64,000 nt of DNA from Methanocella sp. GTDB taxonomy: Archaea; Thermoproteota; Bathyarchaeia; Bathyarchaeales; Bathycorpusculaceae. The stretch lies in NCBI GenBank assembly GCA_050261115.1, contig JBLNCY010000046.1, forward strand, positions 1 through 64,000, written 5' to 3'. Below, in pieces: positions 38,068 to 48,257 of this stretch (its first letter is position 1; each line of letters begins with the position of its first letter). The notes beneath the pieces were generated by a model. That model searched no databases and was not told where the DNA came from. It saw nothing but the letters and a program-made list of their open reading frames with translations. The position numbers and the translations under genes were made by a program.

Positions 38068-38298
38068 TTGGAGAACAAAGAACCAGCTCAGGAGGGTATG
38101 TTAAGTAACAACACCTATGATTTGATGGCGCAATTAACCGAGGAGAATCAGAGTCTTTGGCGTATAAAAAACAGTTACAAGAAGGATGCACAGGGCGATC
38201 GGGAAGTCATGGAGTTCTGGGATTTCTTAGAAAAAGACAAGCAAGACCACATCAAGAAGCTAACCGAGTTGCTTGAAAAAAGAATAAAAACCCAATAA
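38068..38298 (+). CDS. small two-helix ferritin-like protein (paralogue of 6352-6585)
   Basis: YDLMAQLTEENQSLWRIK...DKQDHI; GGAGGTGA RBS. Confidence 0.78.
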   Translation: MENKEPAQEGMLSNNTYDLMAQLTEENQSLWRIKNSYKKDAQGDREVMEFWDFLEKDKQDHIKKLTELLEKRIKTQ

Positions 38299-38341
38299 GG
38301 TTATAGAGGCGATCATTTCGCCTTTATTTAAAGCCGAAGGG

Positions 38342-38920
38342 TTAGCGTTCTTCGGGAGGTGTCTCCCAGAGTTTAAGCTTCTCCTTCTTTAACTCGGTGC
38401 GCTTCTTCTGCAAATAAGTATACACCGTATGATGCTCGCAACCGTCAATAATCATCTGTACAGCGTTCCTTGCGGCGTCGGCCTCGGTGTAGCTGCCGAT
38501 AATCCCCACAGTATGACCATAGACCACTACATCAGCTTCGGTTAATTCTTCAATGAGCTTTCGGGTTTTACCCTCAGTGCCAATAATTCGGCCCTTAATA
38601 CGCTTAATGTCAGATTCCGAGCGACCAAAAATCACGCGCAAATCAATCAGATCAAAGATGTCGTCTTCGTTTCGGATTAAGCGGAAAGCCGTTTCAGGCG
38701 GAAAACCTCTGCCGATGGCGGTCACCAAATCCTTAGCCCTAAGCAGTAACGAGGGGTCATTGCAGCTTTCTTCGAGGACAATCTTTACGCTGCCTTCTTT
38801 GTCAATGTCTAGCTTTACCTGTAGCTTTTCTTCGATATACTGTTTTGTTTTACCCTCGGGGCCGACGAGTACGCCGACCCGTTCTTTGGGGATCTTTACA
38901 AACATATCTGGACCGGGCAT
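38342..38920 (-). CDS. KH-domain pre-rRNA processing protein (Dim2/Krr1-like)
   Basis: Two KH GxxG loops (VGPEG, IIGTEG); AIGRGF.PE.A..L. Confidence 0.93.
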   Translation of the reverse strand: MPGPDMFVKIPKERVGVLVGPEGKTKQYIEEKLQVKLDIDKEGSVKIVLEESCNDPSLLLRAKDLVTAIGRGFPPETAFRLIRNEDDIFDLIDLRVIFGRSESDIKRIKGRIIGTEGKTRKLIEELTEADVVVYGHTVGIIGSYTEADAARNAVQMIIDGCEHHTVYTYLQKKRTELKKEKLKLWETPPEER

Positions 38921-39110
38921 TATTTACCAACACACACCTTCACAATGTAGAAAAATAGTTATTTAAACCCACACTCACAGGAGAACAGTATTTGAACAAA
39001 ACAATATACCTCTAGACATGAACATGGGCGAGCATGAGTAAACATATCCCGTCAGTGCTTGTGTAGCTGAATGGTGTTTCAATCCTCGTTTGGTAGATTA
39101 CCTCTTCGAA

Positions 39111-39134
39111 AATAAAAAAAATATTTTTTTTATT
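39111..39134. terminator. AT-rich perfect palindrome with T-tracts, terminator-like
   Basis: AATAAAAAAAATATTTTTTTTATT downstream of the RIO1 gene. Confidence 0.4.
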
Positions 39135-39191
39135 CACCGTTGGTACTAACTACAAGCCTTGGTTTGGTGGATTAGCTTTTTAGACAGAGGG

Positions 39192-39977
39192 TTATTTACC
39201 AACAACTTTTTTGTATAATTCTTCTTCAGGAATAACATCTACGTTTTGGCGCCTAAAGAACCTATTCACATTTGCCAAATCACGCTTCAACATAAAATCT
39301 GCCAACGGATGCTGCACATTAACGGATTGGGAAACATCAAAAATCACGGGTTTACCCTTCCAAATCATCATGTTATACTCGCTCAAGTCGCCATGCACCA
39401 GCTTAGCCTTCTGGTAGAGACGCTTAAGGTAAGTTACGATCGTCTTGTAGACCCGCTCGGGATTCTCGGGAGGCTGCTCCTTAAATGAGGGCGCACTGAC
39501 ACCCTCCGACCCAAGGAACTCCATCACCACAACGTTGCTTTTTACCGCTATGGGCTTTGGCACTCTAACTTTGGCGGCGTCAGCTTCACACAGGTTACGG
39601 AACTCTTTCTGAGCCCAAACCGCAATCAAACTCCGCGTATCACGCTTCACATCCTTAAAGCGGGGGTCACCTTCGATGTATTTATGCATACCCGCCTTGA
39701 ACTCCGCCGAGGAAGTCAAATAAATTTTTACAGCCAAATCCTTGCCTTCCCTATCTTTGCCCCAGTAAACCCGCGCTTCCTTGCCGGAACTCACAACACC
39801 GTTTAATTCATGGATTATTCCGCTGTTCATCAAGTCAAAAATAACCATGCGGGTTGTGTTGTCAAAAACTTCTTCGACAGTGGCCCGATCTTGGGACTTG
39901 TCTTTTCTTAGCATTCGGTCTCTTCGTTCCACTGCTCTCTCGCGATGATCTAGACGCTTTCGGGCTCGATATGACAT
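39192..39977 (-). CDS. rio1: RIO1 serine protein kinase
   Basis: SSGKEARVY, AVKIY, WAQKEFRNL, LVHGDLSEYN, IFDVSQSV. Confidence 0.95.
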   Translation of the reverse strand: MSYRARKRLDHRERAVERRDRMLRKDKSQDRATVEEVFDNTTRMVIFDLMNSGIIHELNGVVSSGKEARVYWGKDREGKDLAVKIYLTSSAEFKAGMHKYIEGDPRFKDVKRDTRSLIAVWAQKEFRNLCEADAAKVRVPKPIAVKSNVVVMEFLGSEGVSAPSFKEQPPENPERVYKTIVTYLKRLYQKAKLVHGDLSEYNMMIWKGKPVIFDVSQSVNVQHPLADFMLKRDLANVNRFFRRQNVDVIPEEELYKKVVGK

Positions 39978-40046
39978 AACTCAACAGTAGAATGGACAAG
40001 GATATTTAAGGAATAACCAAGCACCAAACAGAAACTGGTGTTTCTG

Positions 40047-41681
40047 CTACTTTCGTTTTAGCCTAAACGTGATGTAACCCACCGCGCCCACAATAACAGC
40101 TACAGTCGAAGCCCCAACAACCAGCAGCCACGGAAAAGGCGCAACCTCAAAATAAACTGTCTCCTCTGCCACGTTACCCATAGCATCAACCGCATAAACG
40201 GTTATATAGTGTCCACCATTTGATAGCGCCACCAGCGTCATGTTCCCAATTATCGAGACCGCCGGCTGCCCATCCAGACTGTAAGACAAGGATGCATTTG
40301 CTTCGTCCACAACAAATTGCAGCTGGATGTCGGTAGCGTCATAGGACCTGTTTGCGGGGTTAATTATAGTTAGCAGGGGTGCTAGAGAGTCGATAGAGAA
40401 GTATACAGTGTTTGAGATGCCCATGTTGCCTGCACTGTCGTTTGCGTAGAGTGTGATTCTGTGGCTACCCTGTGAAAGACCAGTTAATCGCGTTGACTCA
40501 CTTATGGTGACGTTAGGCTGAGCGTCTATGGAGTAGCCGACCCAGTTGACCGGCTTGTTGATGGTGTAGGTTAACAAAACCTGCTGGTAGGTCATGTTCT
40601 GGGGTGAAGTTATCAAAATTATCGGCGCAACCGTGCCATAACCTATTGGCTTGTAGCGCTCAACGGTATTGAGCCAGCTAGAGCCATCATAGCCACCGAT
40701 TACATAGAGCATATCATCGACCACCGCTACCCCCAGCCGGGCACGCGCAGTAGGCATATCCTCAACGCGGACCCAACTGTTATTTGAAAACATAAACGCA
40801 TAGGTTTTACCAGTGTATTCGTCGAGGCCAAGACCGCCGACGTAATAAATGGTTTGAGGCGAAAAAACACCTGCCGTCACCCCAGCCGCGCCAGATACGG
40901 TTGCCTGTGGAAGCGCCTGCAATAGGCTCCACCGATCGGTTTCTACATCATACACTTGAGTGCTATCCATGATGTTCAACGTGTTTGGCGCCTCGGAGAG
41001 TCTTGCGCCGCCTAAAACGTAGACTTTGTTATTTACCACTACCACAGCATGGTTAAAGACTGCAGTGGGCAAAGAGGTCTTGGTTGACCAGGCTCCCGTT
41101 GCGGGGTCAAAGCATTCGTTGACAGCTGTTTCAACGTAAAAGGGACTAATGCTTGAGTATTTTTTTCCTCCAATAAGAAATATTTGGTCGTTTACTACTA
41201 TGGCCTCAAGACCCGCTCGAGGGGTAGGCATCGAGGCAGCAGTTGACCAAGCGTTAGTTTGCGGATCAAAAACCTCTGTGGTGCCGATTATGCCAGAGGA
41301 TGTGTTGCCGCCAAACACATAGATTTTACCGTTGTACACAGCGGTTGCGAATTCGCTTCTTTGAGTGGGCATAGACGGCTTGCTGGTCCAGTCATTAGTG
41401 GCGGGGTTGTATACTTCAACGGTACCGAGGTATTCGCCGTTCTGGTTTACGCCACCTATAACATAGATTTTGCCTTCATGGACTGCGATGCCAAAGTCGC
41501 CTCTTGCGGTGGGCATGGATGCCAGGGTCGTCCATGACGCCTCGGAGGCTGCTGCCGCCGACGTAAGGAAGGGCGCAAAGAACGCTGCAAGCAAACCAAC
41601 TGCAATAAGCAGGACAGCCAGTTTATAGTGCTTATTTATCGCTGACACCGAATCAGGTCCGTTAGATAGATTACATGTCAC
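40047..41681 (-). CDS. secreted Kelch-repeat protein with Ig-like domains and a C-terminal TM
   Basis: Six Kelch repeats (MPT.R...IYV.GG...Y.P..W), two YS.DG...G.H.IT.YA.D..GN modules. Confidence 0.92.
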   Translation of the reverse strand: MTCNLSNGPDSVSAINKHYKLAVLLIAVGLLAAFFAPFLTSAAAASEASWTTLASMPTARGDFGIAVHEGKIYVIGGVNQNGEYLGTVEVYNPATNDWTSKPSMPTQRSEFATAVYNGKIYVFGGNTSSGIIGTTEVFDPQTNAWSTAASMPTPRAGLEAIVVNDQIFLIGGKKYSSISPFYVETAVNECFDPATGAWSTKTSLPTAVFNHAVVVVNNKVYVLGGARLSEAPNTLNIMDSTQVYDVETDRWSLLQALPQATVSGAAGVTAGVFSPQTIYYVGGLGLDEYTGKTYAFMFSNNSWVRVEDMPTARARLGVAVVDDMLYVIGGYDGSSWLNTVERYKPIGYGTVAPIILITSPQNMTYQQVLLTYTINKPVNWVGYSIDAQPNVTISESTRLTGLSQGSHRITLYANDSAGNMGISNTVYFSIDSLAPLLTIINPANRSYDATDIQLQFVVDEANASLSYSLDGQPAVSIIGNMTLVALSNGGHYITVYAVDAMGNVAEETVYFEVAPFPWLLVVGASTVAVIVGAVGYITFRLKRK

Positions 41682-41775
41682 TTTAGCCTTATAACCTTAA
41701 ACGTTAAAGCAACTAACAAGAGACTCCTGCTCCGTGTGCAGAAAAGCTTAATGAGGGCAAAGACTGCATTGGTGT

Positions 41776-42216
41776 ATGGTGTATTATTTGGTAAGTAACG
41801 TCTTGGTTGCAGTGGATGGCTCAGAAAACTCTAACAGGGGACTAGATTTCGCATTAGAATTCGCCGAAAAATATGGGGCGAACCTCACAATTATCAACGT
41901 CACCGAGTCCTCCGCCGCAGCCGCCTACGCCGGCGACGGAATGGTCTCAATAGCAAGAGATCTACGGAAATTCCACGAAGAAATCCTAAACAAAGCCCTA
42001 GAGCGAGCCAAAACCACTCACCCAGCCGTCTCAGTTTCAACTAGCCTACGGGAAGGCGACGCCTCAAACGAGATAGTCAATGTTGCAAACGAAGGCAACT
42101 TTGACGTGGTGATTCTGGGCCATCGTGGCTTAGGAAAAGTTAAGGGTATGCTGCTGGGCAGTATCAGCGAGAAAGTTACCCGTTCACTAGCTTGCACGGT
42201 TATTTTAGTGCGCTAA
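41776..42216 (+). CDS. universal stress protein
   Basis: LVAVDGSENS; GHRG...LLGSISEKV. Confidence 0.95.
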   Translation: MVYYLVSNVLVAVDGSENSNRGLDFALEFAEKYGANLTIINVTESSAAAAYAGDGMVSIARDLRKFHEEILNKALERAKTTHPAVSVSTSLREGDASNEIVNVANEGNFDVVILGHRGLGKVKGMLLGSISEKVTRSLACTVILVR

Positions 42217-42249
42217 ATCTTTCTATAATGAAGGAAAAGGGGTTTAAGG

Positions 42250-42456
42250 TTAGGTTGGGGGCCTAATTTTGGCGCAGTAAAAGTTTCCATTGAGCCTCAC
42301 AAACGCAGGACATTTCCCATCGGAGCAATGCTCAAGCCACTGACAGGGCGCACGTACTTCATGTACTCGGGGCATATACGTGGGGGTGTTGCGGCGTTCA
42401 ATGAATTCACGTCTGGTTTCACGTTGAGAAATTTGTTTTAACATCGCTTCCATCAA
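42250..42456 (-). CDS. small Cys-rich hypothetical protein
   Basis: CQWLEHC...CP...FYC. Confidence 0.5.
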   Translation of the reverse strand: MMEAMLKQISQRETRREFIERRNTPTYMPRVHEVRAPCQWLEHCSDGKCPAFVRLNGNFYCAKIRPPT

Positions 42457-42728
42457 AACACCTTTCTTTATAACTGGTGAAGTAGTATTGCTCGGTTTTA
42501 GTTAATTAAAAAATGTGACTACCGTTGTACAACAACAAACACATAAAAGCACTAACCTGCTTTAGCGGTTTTTCGTGTTCGGTAGAGTTTGGCAAGGCTT
42601 AATAGTGCAACCGTACCCAAGAGATAGATAAAGGGCAGATAGGTACAGTTAGATGGTAAACTCGCCGTGGACTTAAATAATAAAATAGAAGGACTGACAA
42701 GGAACCGCTAACCCGAATAGTGGAAAAA

Positions 42729-43283
42729 TTAGGCTTTATAGTTCTTGGGGTCTAGAGTCGCAAAGTTGTTTCCGCCCAAGTGGTAGAGGTGTCGTGCTCG
42801 CTTGAGGTCCCAGCCTGCATTCGTCCACGCAGTCGGATCGGCGTAGGCGTCAACTATTTTCCCGACAAAAATAGTGTGGTCGCCTGTGACCATTTGGCCG
42901 TCAACTTCGCATTCGAGGTGCGCAATGCATTCTCGTATTGCGGGGGCTTTGACTTTTTTGCCGGGCATCGGTGTTAAGCTGCATTTCTTAAATTTGTCAA
43001 AGCTTCGGCCTGTGAGGTTGCCGCAGGTGTATACGGCTTGGAGGGTTTCAAGGGTGGGTATGTTTACTATGAATTCGCCTGATTCCTCGATTAAGGTGTG
43101 GCTGTAGCGGCCGGGTGCGATGCTGATTGCTAGCAGTGGGGGACTGTTTGAGGTAGGCATGGCCCATGCAAGGGTTGTTATGTTTGGTTTCGCCGCGTTT
43201 CCAAGGCATGATATGAGCACGGTGTGCATTGGGTGGAGAAGTCGATAGGATTGGTTGGGTGGTATGGGGGTTTTTGCTGACAC
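42729..43283 (-). CDS. flavin reductase-like (FMN-binding split barrel) protein
   Basis: P...VLISC...PNI.T.AW, SGEF.VN, CIAHLEC, GDHT.FVG; start reset to GTG 43283. Confidence 0.9.
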   Translation of the reverse strand: MSAKTPIPPNQSYRLLHPMHTVLISCLGNAAKPNITTLAWAMPTSNSPPLLAISIAPGRYSHTLIEESGEFIVNIPTLETLQAVYTCGNLTGRSFDKFKKCSLTPMPGKKVKAPAIRECIAHLECEVDGQMVTGDHTIFVGKIVDAYADPTAWTNAGWDLKRARHLYHLGGNNFATLDPKNYKA

Positions 43284-43438
43284 AATTATTCGCCTACAAT
43301 GGTAGACGCGAATTTGCTTATTACCTTTTCTTAGCTGCCAATTCGCCACAGCCAACCAGGCTATATGCATTGGAATTTCATTCAAGTGTATGCAAAACCC
43401 GTTTATCAGCACAGGCATATTAGCGGTAGGTTGTAGCC

Positions 43439-43674
43439 TTGAAAATCGGCGTCTGTTGAATAGCATGCGAAAAATGCCCAAAAATGCAGAAGAACACTTG
43501 CATAGAGGGACCAAACGGCTGTATACCCCGCGAGAACAAATTCTGCAAAATCTGCTCTGCGCATACACCAAAGGCATCAGGCTATGCTTTGAATGCAGCA
43601 TTTTCCCATGCGAAACAGCCAAAGAGCGCTCTATTAGTTATGGCTACTGCCAATACTTAGCAGGCAAGCAATAA
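43439..43674 (+). pseudogene. DUF3795-like Cys-rich protein with an in-frame stop and a frameshift
   Basis: TTG 43439: MKIGVC*IACEKCPK...FCKICS, then shifted frame CAYTKGIRLCFEC..FPCE. Confidence 0.65.
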
Positions 43675-43718
43675 TAGGTAATTTTAAGTGCCCCCACAGA
43701 AATCTAGCATTGAGAATT

Positions 43719-44645
43719 ATGGTTTCTTCTGAGGTACTTATCGAAGCATCAGAATTAACTAAAAAATACCAAGACTTCTTAGCCGTAGACCACATCGACT
43801 TTAGAGTCTACAAGGGTGAATGTGTCGGCTTCTTAGGCCCCAACGGCGCAGGCAAAACAACCATCGTCCGCATGATCTACTGCTTTTTGAAACCCACCGC
43901 TGGAAAACTATCCGTAGCGGGTTTAGATGTCTACTCCAAATGCCGCGAAATAAAAGCCAAAATTGGAGTCGCCCCCCAAGAAGACAACCTTGACCCAGAC
44001 TTTACCGTTCTAAATAACCTAACAACTTATGCGCGATACTTTGATATCCCAAAACAGGAAGCCCTCAAACGCGCCCAGGAGCAACTAAAGTTTTTCCAGC
44101 TAGAAGAAAAAAGCAACGTACCCATCATGGCGCTCTCCACTGGCATGAAGCGGCGACTTATCTTTGCAAGGGCACTGATTAATCAGCCACAGGCGCTACT
44201 ACTCGATGAACCCACAACCGGGCTAGACCCGCAGGCTAGGCATCTAGTGTGGGATGAGGTGCGTCACCTCCGCAAGCAGGGTGTGACAATAATCTTAACA
44301 ACGCATTACATGGATGAAGCCCAGATTCTATGCGACCGCATCCTCATCGTTGACCAAGGAAAAATAATCGAGCAAGGCACGCCGATGGAGCTTATAAAGA
44401 AACATGTTGGCAATGAGGTGCTAGAGCTTGATTATGACGAGAAGCTTGTTCCAATGCTTAAGGAGGCTTTTCCTGATTCACGCATAGAACGCATAGGGGA
44501 GCGGATGCAGGTTTTCACAGATCAAGCACATGGCGTTTTTGAAGATTTCCTGCTTAAACATAAACTGCAAAACGTGATGATTAGAAACGCCAATATCGAG
44601 GACGTATTTCTAAAACTAACTGGGCGGGGGCTGCGTGGGGAATGA
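43719..44645 (+). CDS. ABC-2 ATP-binding subunit (NodI-like)
   Basis: GPNGAGKTT, PQEDNLDP, LSTGMKRR, DEPTTGLDPQARH. Confidence 0.94.
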   Translation: MVSSEVLIEASELTKKYQDFLAVDHIDFRVYKGECVGFLGPNGAGKTTIVRMIYCFLKPTAGKLSVAGLDVYSKCREIKAKIGVAPQEDNLDPDFTVLNNLTTYARYFDIPKQEALKRAQEQLKFFQLEEKSNVPIMALSTGMKRRLIFARALINQPQALLLDEPTTGLDPQARHLVWDEVRHLRKQGVTIILTTHYMDEAQILCDRILIVDQGKIIEQGTPMELIKKHVGNEVLELDYDEKLVPMLKEAFPDSRIERIGERMQVFTDQAHGVFEDFLLKHKLQNVMIRNANIEDVFLKLTGRGLRGE

Positions 44646-45493
44646 CTCAAGTGAACCTTCGAAAGTCACCCGCACCCTTCACATTCCCCCAATTAACCTA
44701 CCGAGTATGGAAGGTTTGGCGCCGCAACCTAGACGTTTTCCTAAAAACCGTCAAAGTTAACTTTTTTCCCTCACTGATTGAGCCAATTCTCTACTTGGGC
44801 GCATTCGGGTTTGGGCTAGGCGGCTTAATCCCAAGCGTAGCAGGCCAACCCTACGTCAACTTTATCGCACCCGCACTTATCGCGGTCGCAATCATGAACG
44901 GCTCCTTTTTCGAATGCACCTACGCCTCGTTTGTGCGTATGTACTTCCAGAAAACCTTCGACGCCATCGTAGCCACCCCCGTAAGCGTGGAAGAAGTTGT
45001 CGCGGGGGAACTGCTCTGGGGCGCCACCCGCGCCACCATAAACTCAACGATCGTGTTGATCGTGATAGCTGCTGCAAGCCTTTTTGCGCCTATTCCATTG
45101 ATTTCTTCGCCGCTGTTTCTGCTGGTGCCACTCATCGCATTTTTCGGGGGATTGCTGTTTTCGGCGATAGCCATGTGCTTTACGGCGGCAGCGCCAAATA
45201 TCGACTTTTTTAATTACCCGGTGTTTCTGTTTGTCACGCCTATGCTGTTCTTATCAGGCACCTTTTTCCCACTTACTTTGCTGCCTGAAGCGGCACAGGG
45301 CTTAGCATTAGCCGTATTGCCTCTGGCGCATTTGGTTAATGTTACCCGTGGAGCAGTCGGCGGCGTAATCGAGCCAATTCTGGGACTCAGCGTCGAGGCG
45401 CTCTTGGCAATCAGCATCATCTGGTTGGTTGCCGCTACGGTGTTATTTTTTGTTTTAAGTATTAATTTGGTGAAGAAGCGCTTAACCAGCTAA
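44642..45493 (+). CDS. ABC-2 permease (NodJ-like)
   Basis: VWRRN...EP.LYL...G.GLG; FECTY..FVRM. Confidence 0.92.
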   Translation: MTQVNLRKSPAPFTFPQLTYRVWKVWRRNLDVFLKTVKVNFFPSLIEPILYLGAFGFGLGGLIPSVAGQPYVNFIAPALIAVAIMNGSFFECTYASFVRMYFQKTFDAIVATPVSVEEVVAGELLWGATRATINSTIVLIVIAAASLFAPIPLISSPLFLLVPLIAFFGGLLFSAIAMCFTAAAPNIDFFNYPVFLFVTPMLFLSGTFFPLTLLPEAAQGLALAVLPLAHLVNVTRGAVGGVIEPILGLSVEALLAISIIWLVAATVLFFVLSINLVKKRLTS

Positions 45494-46413
45494 ACAGAAA
45501 CACCGTTAGCTTCGGCCGAGAGCAAATAAAACGCTGCTAACCCCTGCCATTTGCCCCAGCGCTTGCCGATTTCGCGAGCCTCCAACGCCTTAATCGGTTT
45601 ACCACCGCAATAATAGTTCGACATTACGCGTCGGATACCAAAATCGTCAGCAGGCAAAACATCTAGCCGCTGCATACCCCGAAACATCGTGAGTTCAGCG
45701 GTCCAAACACCGATCCCCTTCACTTGATCCAACTCCGCAATGACGGCGTTGGAGTCTGGGTTATTTTTTAGGCTTTCAAGGTCCAATTCGCCGCTCACTA
45801 TGCGATGCGCCGCGCCGTAGATGTATTCGGCTTTACGCCGGCTAAGTCCACAACCTTGGATGTCGCTTATGCTTGCAGCATCGATGTCTTTGGCGGTGGG
45901 GAATGCGTAGTAGCATTGGCCGTCGACTTCGAGTTTGCCGCCGAATTTCTGTGCGAGGCGTTCCTCGATGGTTCGGGCGATTTTTATCGATATCTGCTGC
46001 TCCACAATCGAATCAACCAGCGACTCGAAAACGGTTGGGGTGGTGGGGTACTTGAATCCACATAGGCTGCTTGTGATTTTGTGCGTTATGCGGTCGGTTT
46101 TTGCGTGGTTATAGAACTCGTTTAGGTCTAGGTTTAGGTTGAATATGTAGGTGATGGCTTGTTGGGCGGCTTTTTTGGTTTCGGGGGTGATGGGTTGGTT
46201 GTGGGTTAATTCGATTTGCAGTTTTGGCTGAGGAACACTCCCAAGCTCTCTGATTCTGGCTAAGACCAGTTTTCCGTCCAACGCTAGTACCTGGCTGAAT
46301 ACGCCCTCGCCATAGCATCTTACTTGCCGGCTAAGTCCACAGAATATCTGCGCAGATAACTCTAAACTAAACGGAGCCAACGGCTCAACAGTAAAAGTTT
46401 CCTTGAAAGCCAT
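45490..46413 (-). CDS. alkA: DNA-3-methyladenine glycosylase II (HhH-GPD)
   Basis: FESLV.SI.EQQIS, FPT, GLSRRKAEYI, KGIGVWTAE, PADD. Confidence 0.92.
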   Translation of the reverse strand: MAFKETFTVEPLAPFSLELSAQIFCGLSRQVRCYGEGVFSQVLALDGKLVLARIRELGSVPQPKLQIELTHNQPITPETKKAAQQAITYIFNLNLDLNEFYNHAKTDRITHKITSSLCGFKYPTTPTVFESLVDSIVEQQISIKIARTIEERLAQKFGGKLEVDGQCYYAFPTAKDIDAASISDIQGCGLSRRKAEYIYGAAHRIVSGELDLESLKNNPDSNAVIAELDQVKGIGVWTAELTMFRGMQRLDVLPADDFGIRRVMSNYYCGGKPIKALEAREIGKRWGKWQGLAAFYLLSAEANGVSV

Positions 46414-46495
46414 CCTTGACCGCTTAAACAGCCGTCTGCTTACGCTTAAACGTTTTTAACCCCAAACACCATTACAACCCAAAGAGGCAGCAATC

Positions 46496-47170
46496 ATGCG
46501 CATCGTAATCCGAATAGGCGGAAGCGTCATCGCAAACCCCATAAACACCAAACTAATGGGTCAATACACAGACATCGTCAGACAAATCAAAGCAGAAGGT
46601 CACGAAGTCGCAGTAATCCTAGGCGGCGGCGCTTTGGCGAGGCAGTTTATTGGGTTGGCTAAGGAGTTGGGGTTGGATGTGGATGCGCAGGACGAGGTTG
46701 CTATTTCCTGTTCGCGGCTTTTTGCGCAGCTTTTCCTTAAGCGACTAGGTGACTTGGGAGTCGGCAAGGTTGCGGTTTCGCTTGAAGAAGCCGAACAGTA
46801 CATTGCCTCAGGTAAGATCATGGTTATGGGCGGCTTACGGCCAGGAATCACCACCGACACTGTCGCCACCCTAGTAGCAGAACGCATCCAGGCAGACTTG
46901 CTGCTCAAAGGCAGCGATCAAAACGGCATATACAACAAAGACCCCCGCAAACACGCCGACGCCGTAAAACTTGACCAGCTAAACTTTGACGAATTAACGC
47001 AAGTTTTTGATCAAAATGAGCACAAAGCGGGCATACACCAAATTATCGATCCTGAAGCCGTAAAAGTGCTCCGACGAAGCCACATAAAAACTATAGTTGT
47101 GAGCGGCTATAAACCCGAAAACATGCTCTCTGCCTTGCGCGGCGAAAACGTTGGCACCGTAATAAGTTAA
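46496..47170 (+). CDS. pyrH: UMP kinase
   Basis: IGGSV, GGG..AR..I, PG.TTD.VA, GIY.KDP motifs of archaeal PyrH. Confidence 0.92.
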   Translation: MRIVIRIGGSVIANPINTKLMGQYTDIVRQIKAEGHEVAVILGGGALARQFIGLAKELGLDVDAQDEVAISCSRLFAQLFLKRLGDLGVGKVAVSLEEAEQYIASGKIMVMGGLRPGITTDTVATLVAERIQADLLLKGSDQNGIYNKDPRKHADAVKLDQLNFDELTQVFDQNEHKAGIHQIIDPEAVKVLRRSHIKTIVVSGYKPENMLSALRGENVGTVIS

Positions 47171-47255
47171 CGCTTTGGGCGCTTTTGCGCTCTACAGGGC
47201 AAGTGAGCAGGGGAAAATTAAATAGTAACAAAGTCAAACGCATTCAAGAACGCGC

Positions 47256-47507
47256 ATGACCCACCAGATTAGCTATGAATTAGGCGAAAAAGCGGGTTGC
47301 TCTGCCCAAATAAATATCGCAGATCGAATCTTTTATGCCAAACACTTCACCGCCGCCCCGTCACGTTACTTCTCGGCCGATCAGAAGGGAAACGTGGAAA
47401 AAGAGATTTCCAAAGAGGAATTTGAGATGTGGATGGGTATCCTATCTGACAGCGAAGCCGAAGCCGCTGAGGCACTCAAAAAGCTGGCTTGCGGAAAAAA
47501 GTATTAG
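47256..47507 (+). CDS. small hypothetical protein
   Basis: 83-aa ORF with TATA-like TTAAATA upstream. Confidence 0.65.
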   Translation: MTHQISYELGEKAGCSAQINIADRIFYAKHFTAAPSRYFSADQKGNVEKEISKEEFEMWMGILSDSEAEAAEALKKLACGKKY

Positions 47508-47513
47508 CGCTGT

Positions 47514-48257
47514 TTAAGGTTCACGCCAGCGGGTTTTCTTAGCTGCCACCAATAGGATTATGGCGCAGACTCCAAGAAGTACCGCCCAATTCAGCGCTAA
47601 ACGCTCCGGCGATAATTCGATGTAGCCGGTTGTGGCATGCATGATTTCTGCCGCGTAAGTGGTAGGCGAAAGATAGGCCAGGTAATTTAGCGGATAGGGT
47701 ACTAGGTTTATTGGGTAATAAACGGGGGGTAATGTTGCAAATAGCAGGGATAGCAACCGTGAGAAGGCATAGCTCTGCACAACGTCGCTTGAGAGGGTGG
47801 ATAGCATAAAGCCGATTGCTACCGACACCGCAAACATTAGCAGCAACACAGAGGTTAAGACGGCGATTTGGATGATGGAGGGTTGAATAAAGATGGCTGC
47901 AAGGGCAACTAGAATGACGATTCCGGGGATGGAGTAGACGATTTCGGCCAAGGCCATGCCGACCATGTACATTCGGGCGCTCGTCGGGGAACTCACAATC
48001 ATGTCCTGAAGCTTAAAGTCATTCTTTAGATGTGCAAGGTCAGACTGTAGCGCTATGCCGCTTGAAAAGAAAATCATAATTAAGCCACCCTGGATAGCTG
48101 TCCCAATCAAGTCGCCACTGCTAACAAACGTAACAACCGCCAGCAGCGAAAGCGGAGAAATAACCGTGCTAACCGTAACTACAGGGTAATTTTTCATCTC
48201 ATAAATGGCGTTTACCAGCACACCCGCCAGGAGCTGGCTTAGCCTGTTGCGCTTCAT
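47514..48257 (-). CDS. ABC-2 permease
   Basis: 6 TM; PPVYYP and PTTYA motifs; coupled to the ATPase. Confidence 0.88.
   Translation of the reverse strand: MKRNRLSQLLAGVLVNAIYEMKNYPVVTVSTVISPLSLLAVVTFVSSGDLIGTAIQGGLIMIFFSSGIALQSDLAHLKNDFKLQDMIVSSPTSARMYMVGMALAEIVYSIPGIVILVALAAIFIQPSIIQIAVLTSVLLLMFAVSVAIGFMLSTLSSDVVQSYAFSRLLSLLFATLPPVYYPINLVPYPLNYLAYLSPTTYAAEIMHATTGYIELSPERLALNWAVLLGVCAIILLVAAKKTRWREP

Noticed and set aside
43457-43459. In-frame TGA in a Cys-rich gene as possible selenocysteine
   Set aside because: It falls at the Gly of the usual CG..C motif and the gene also has a frameshift, so decay is the simpler explanation
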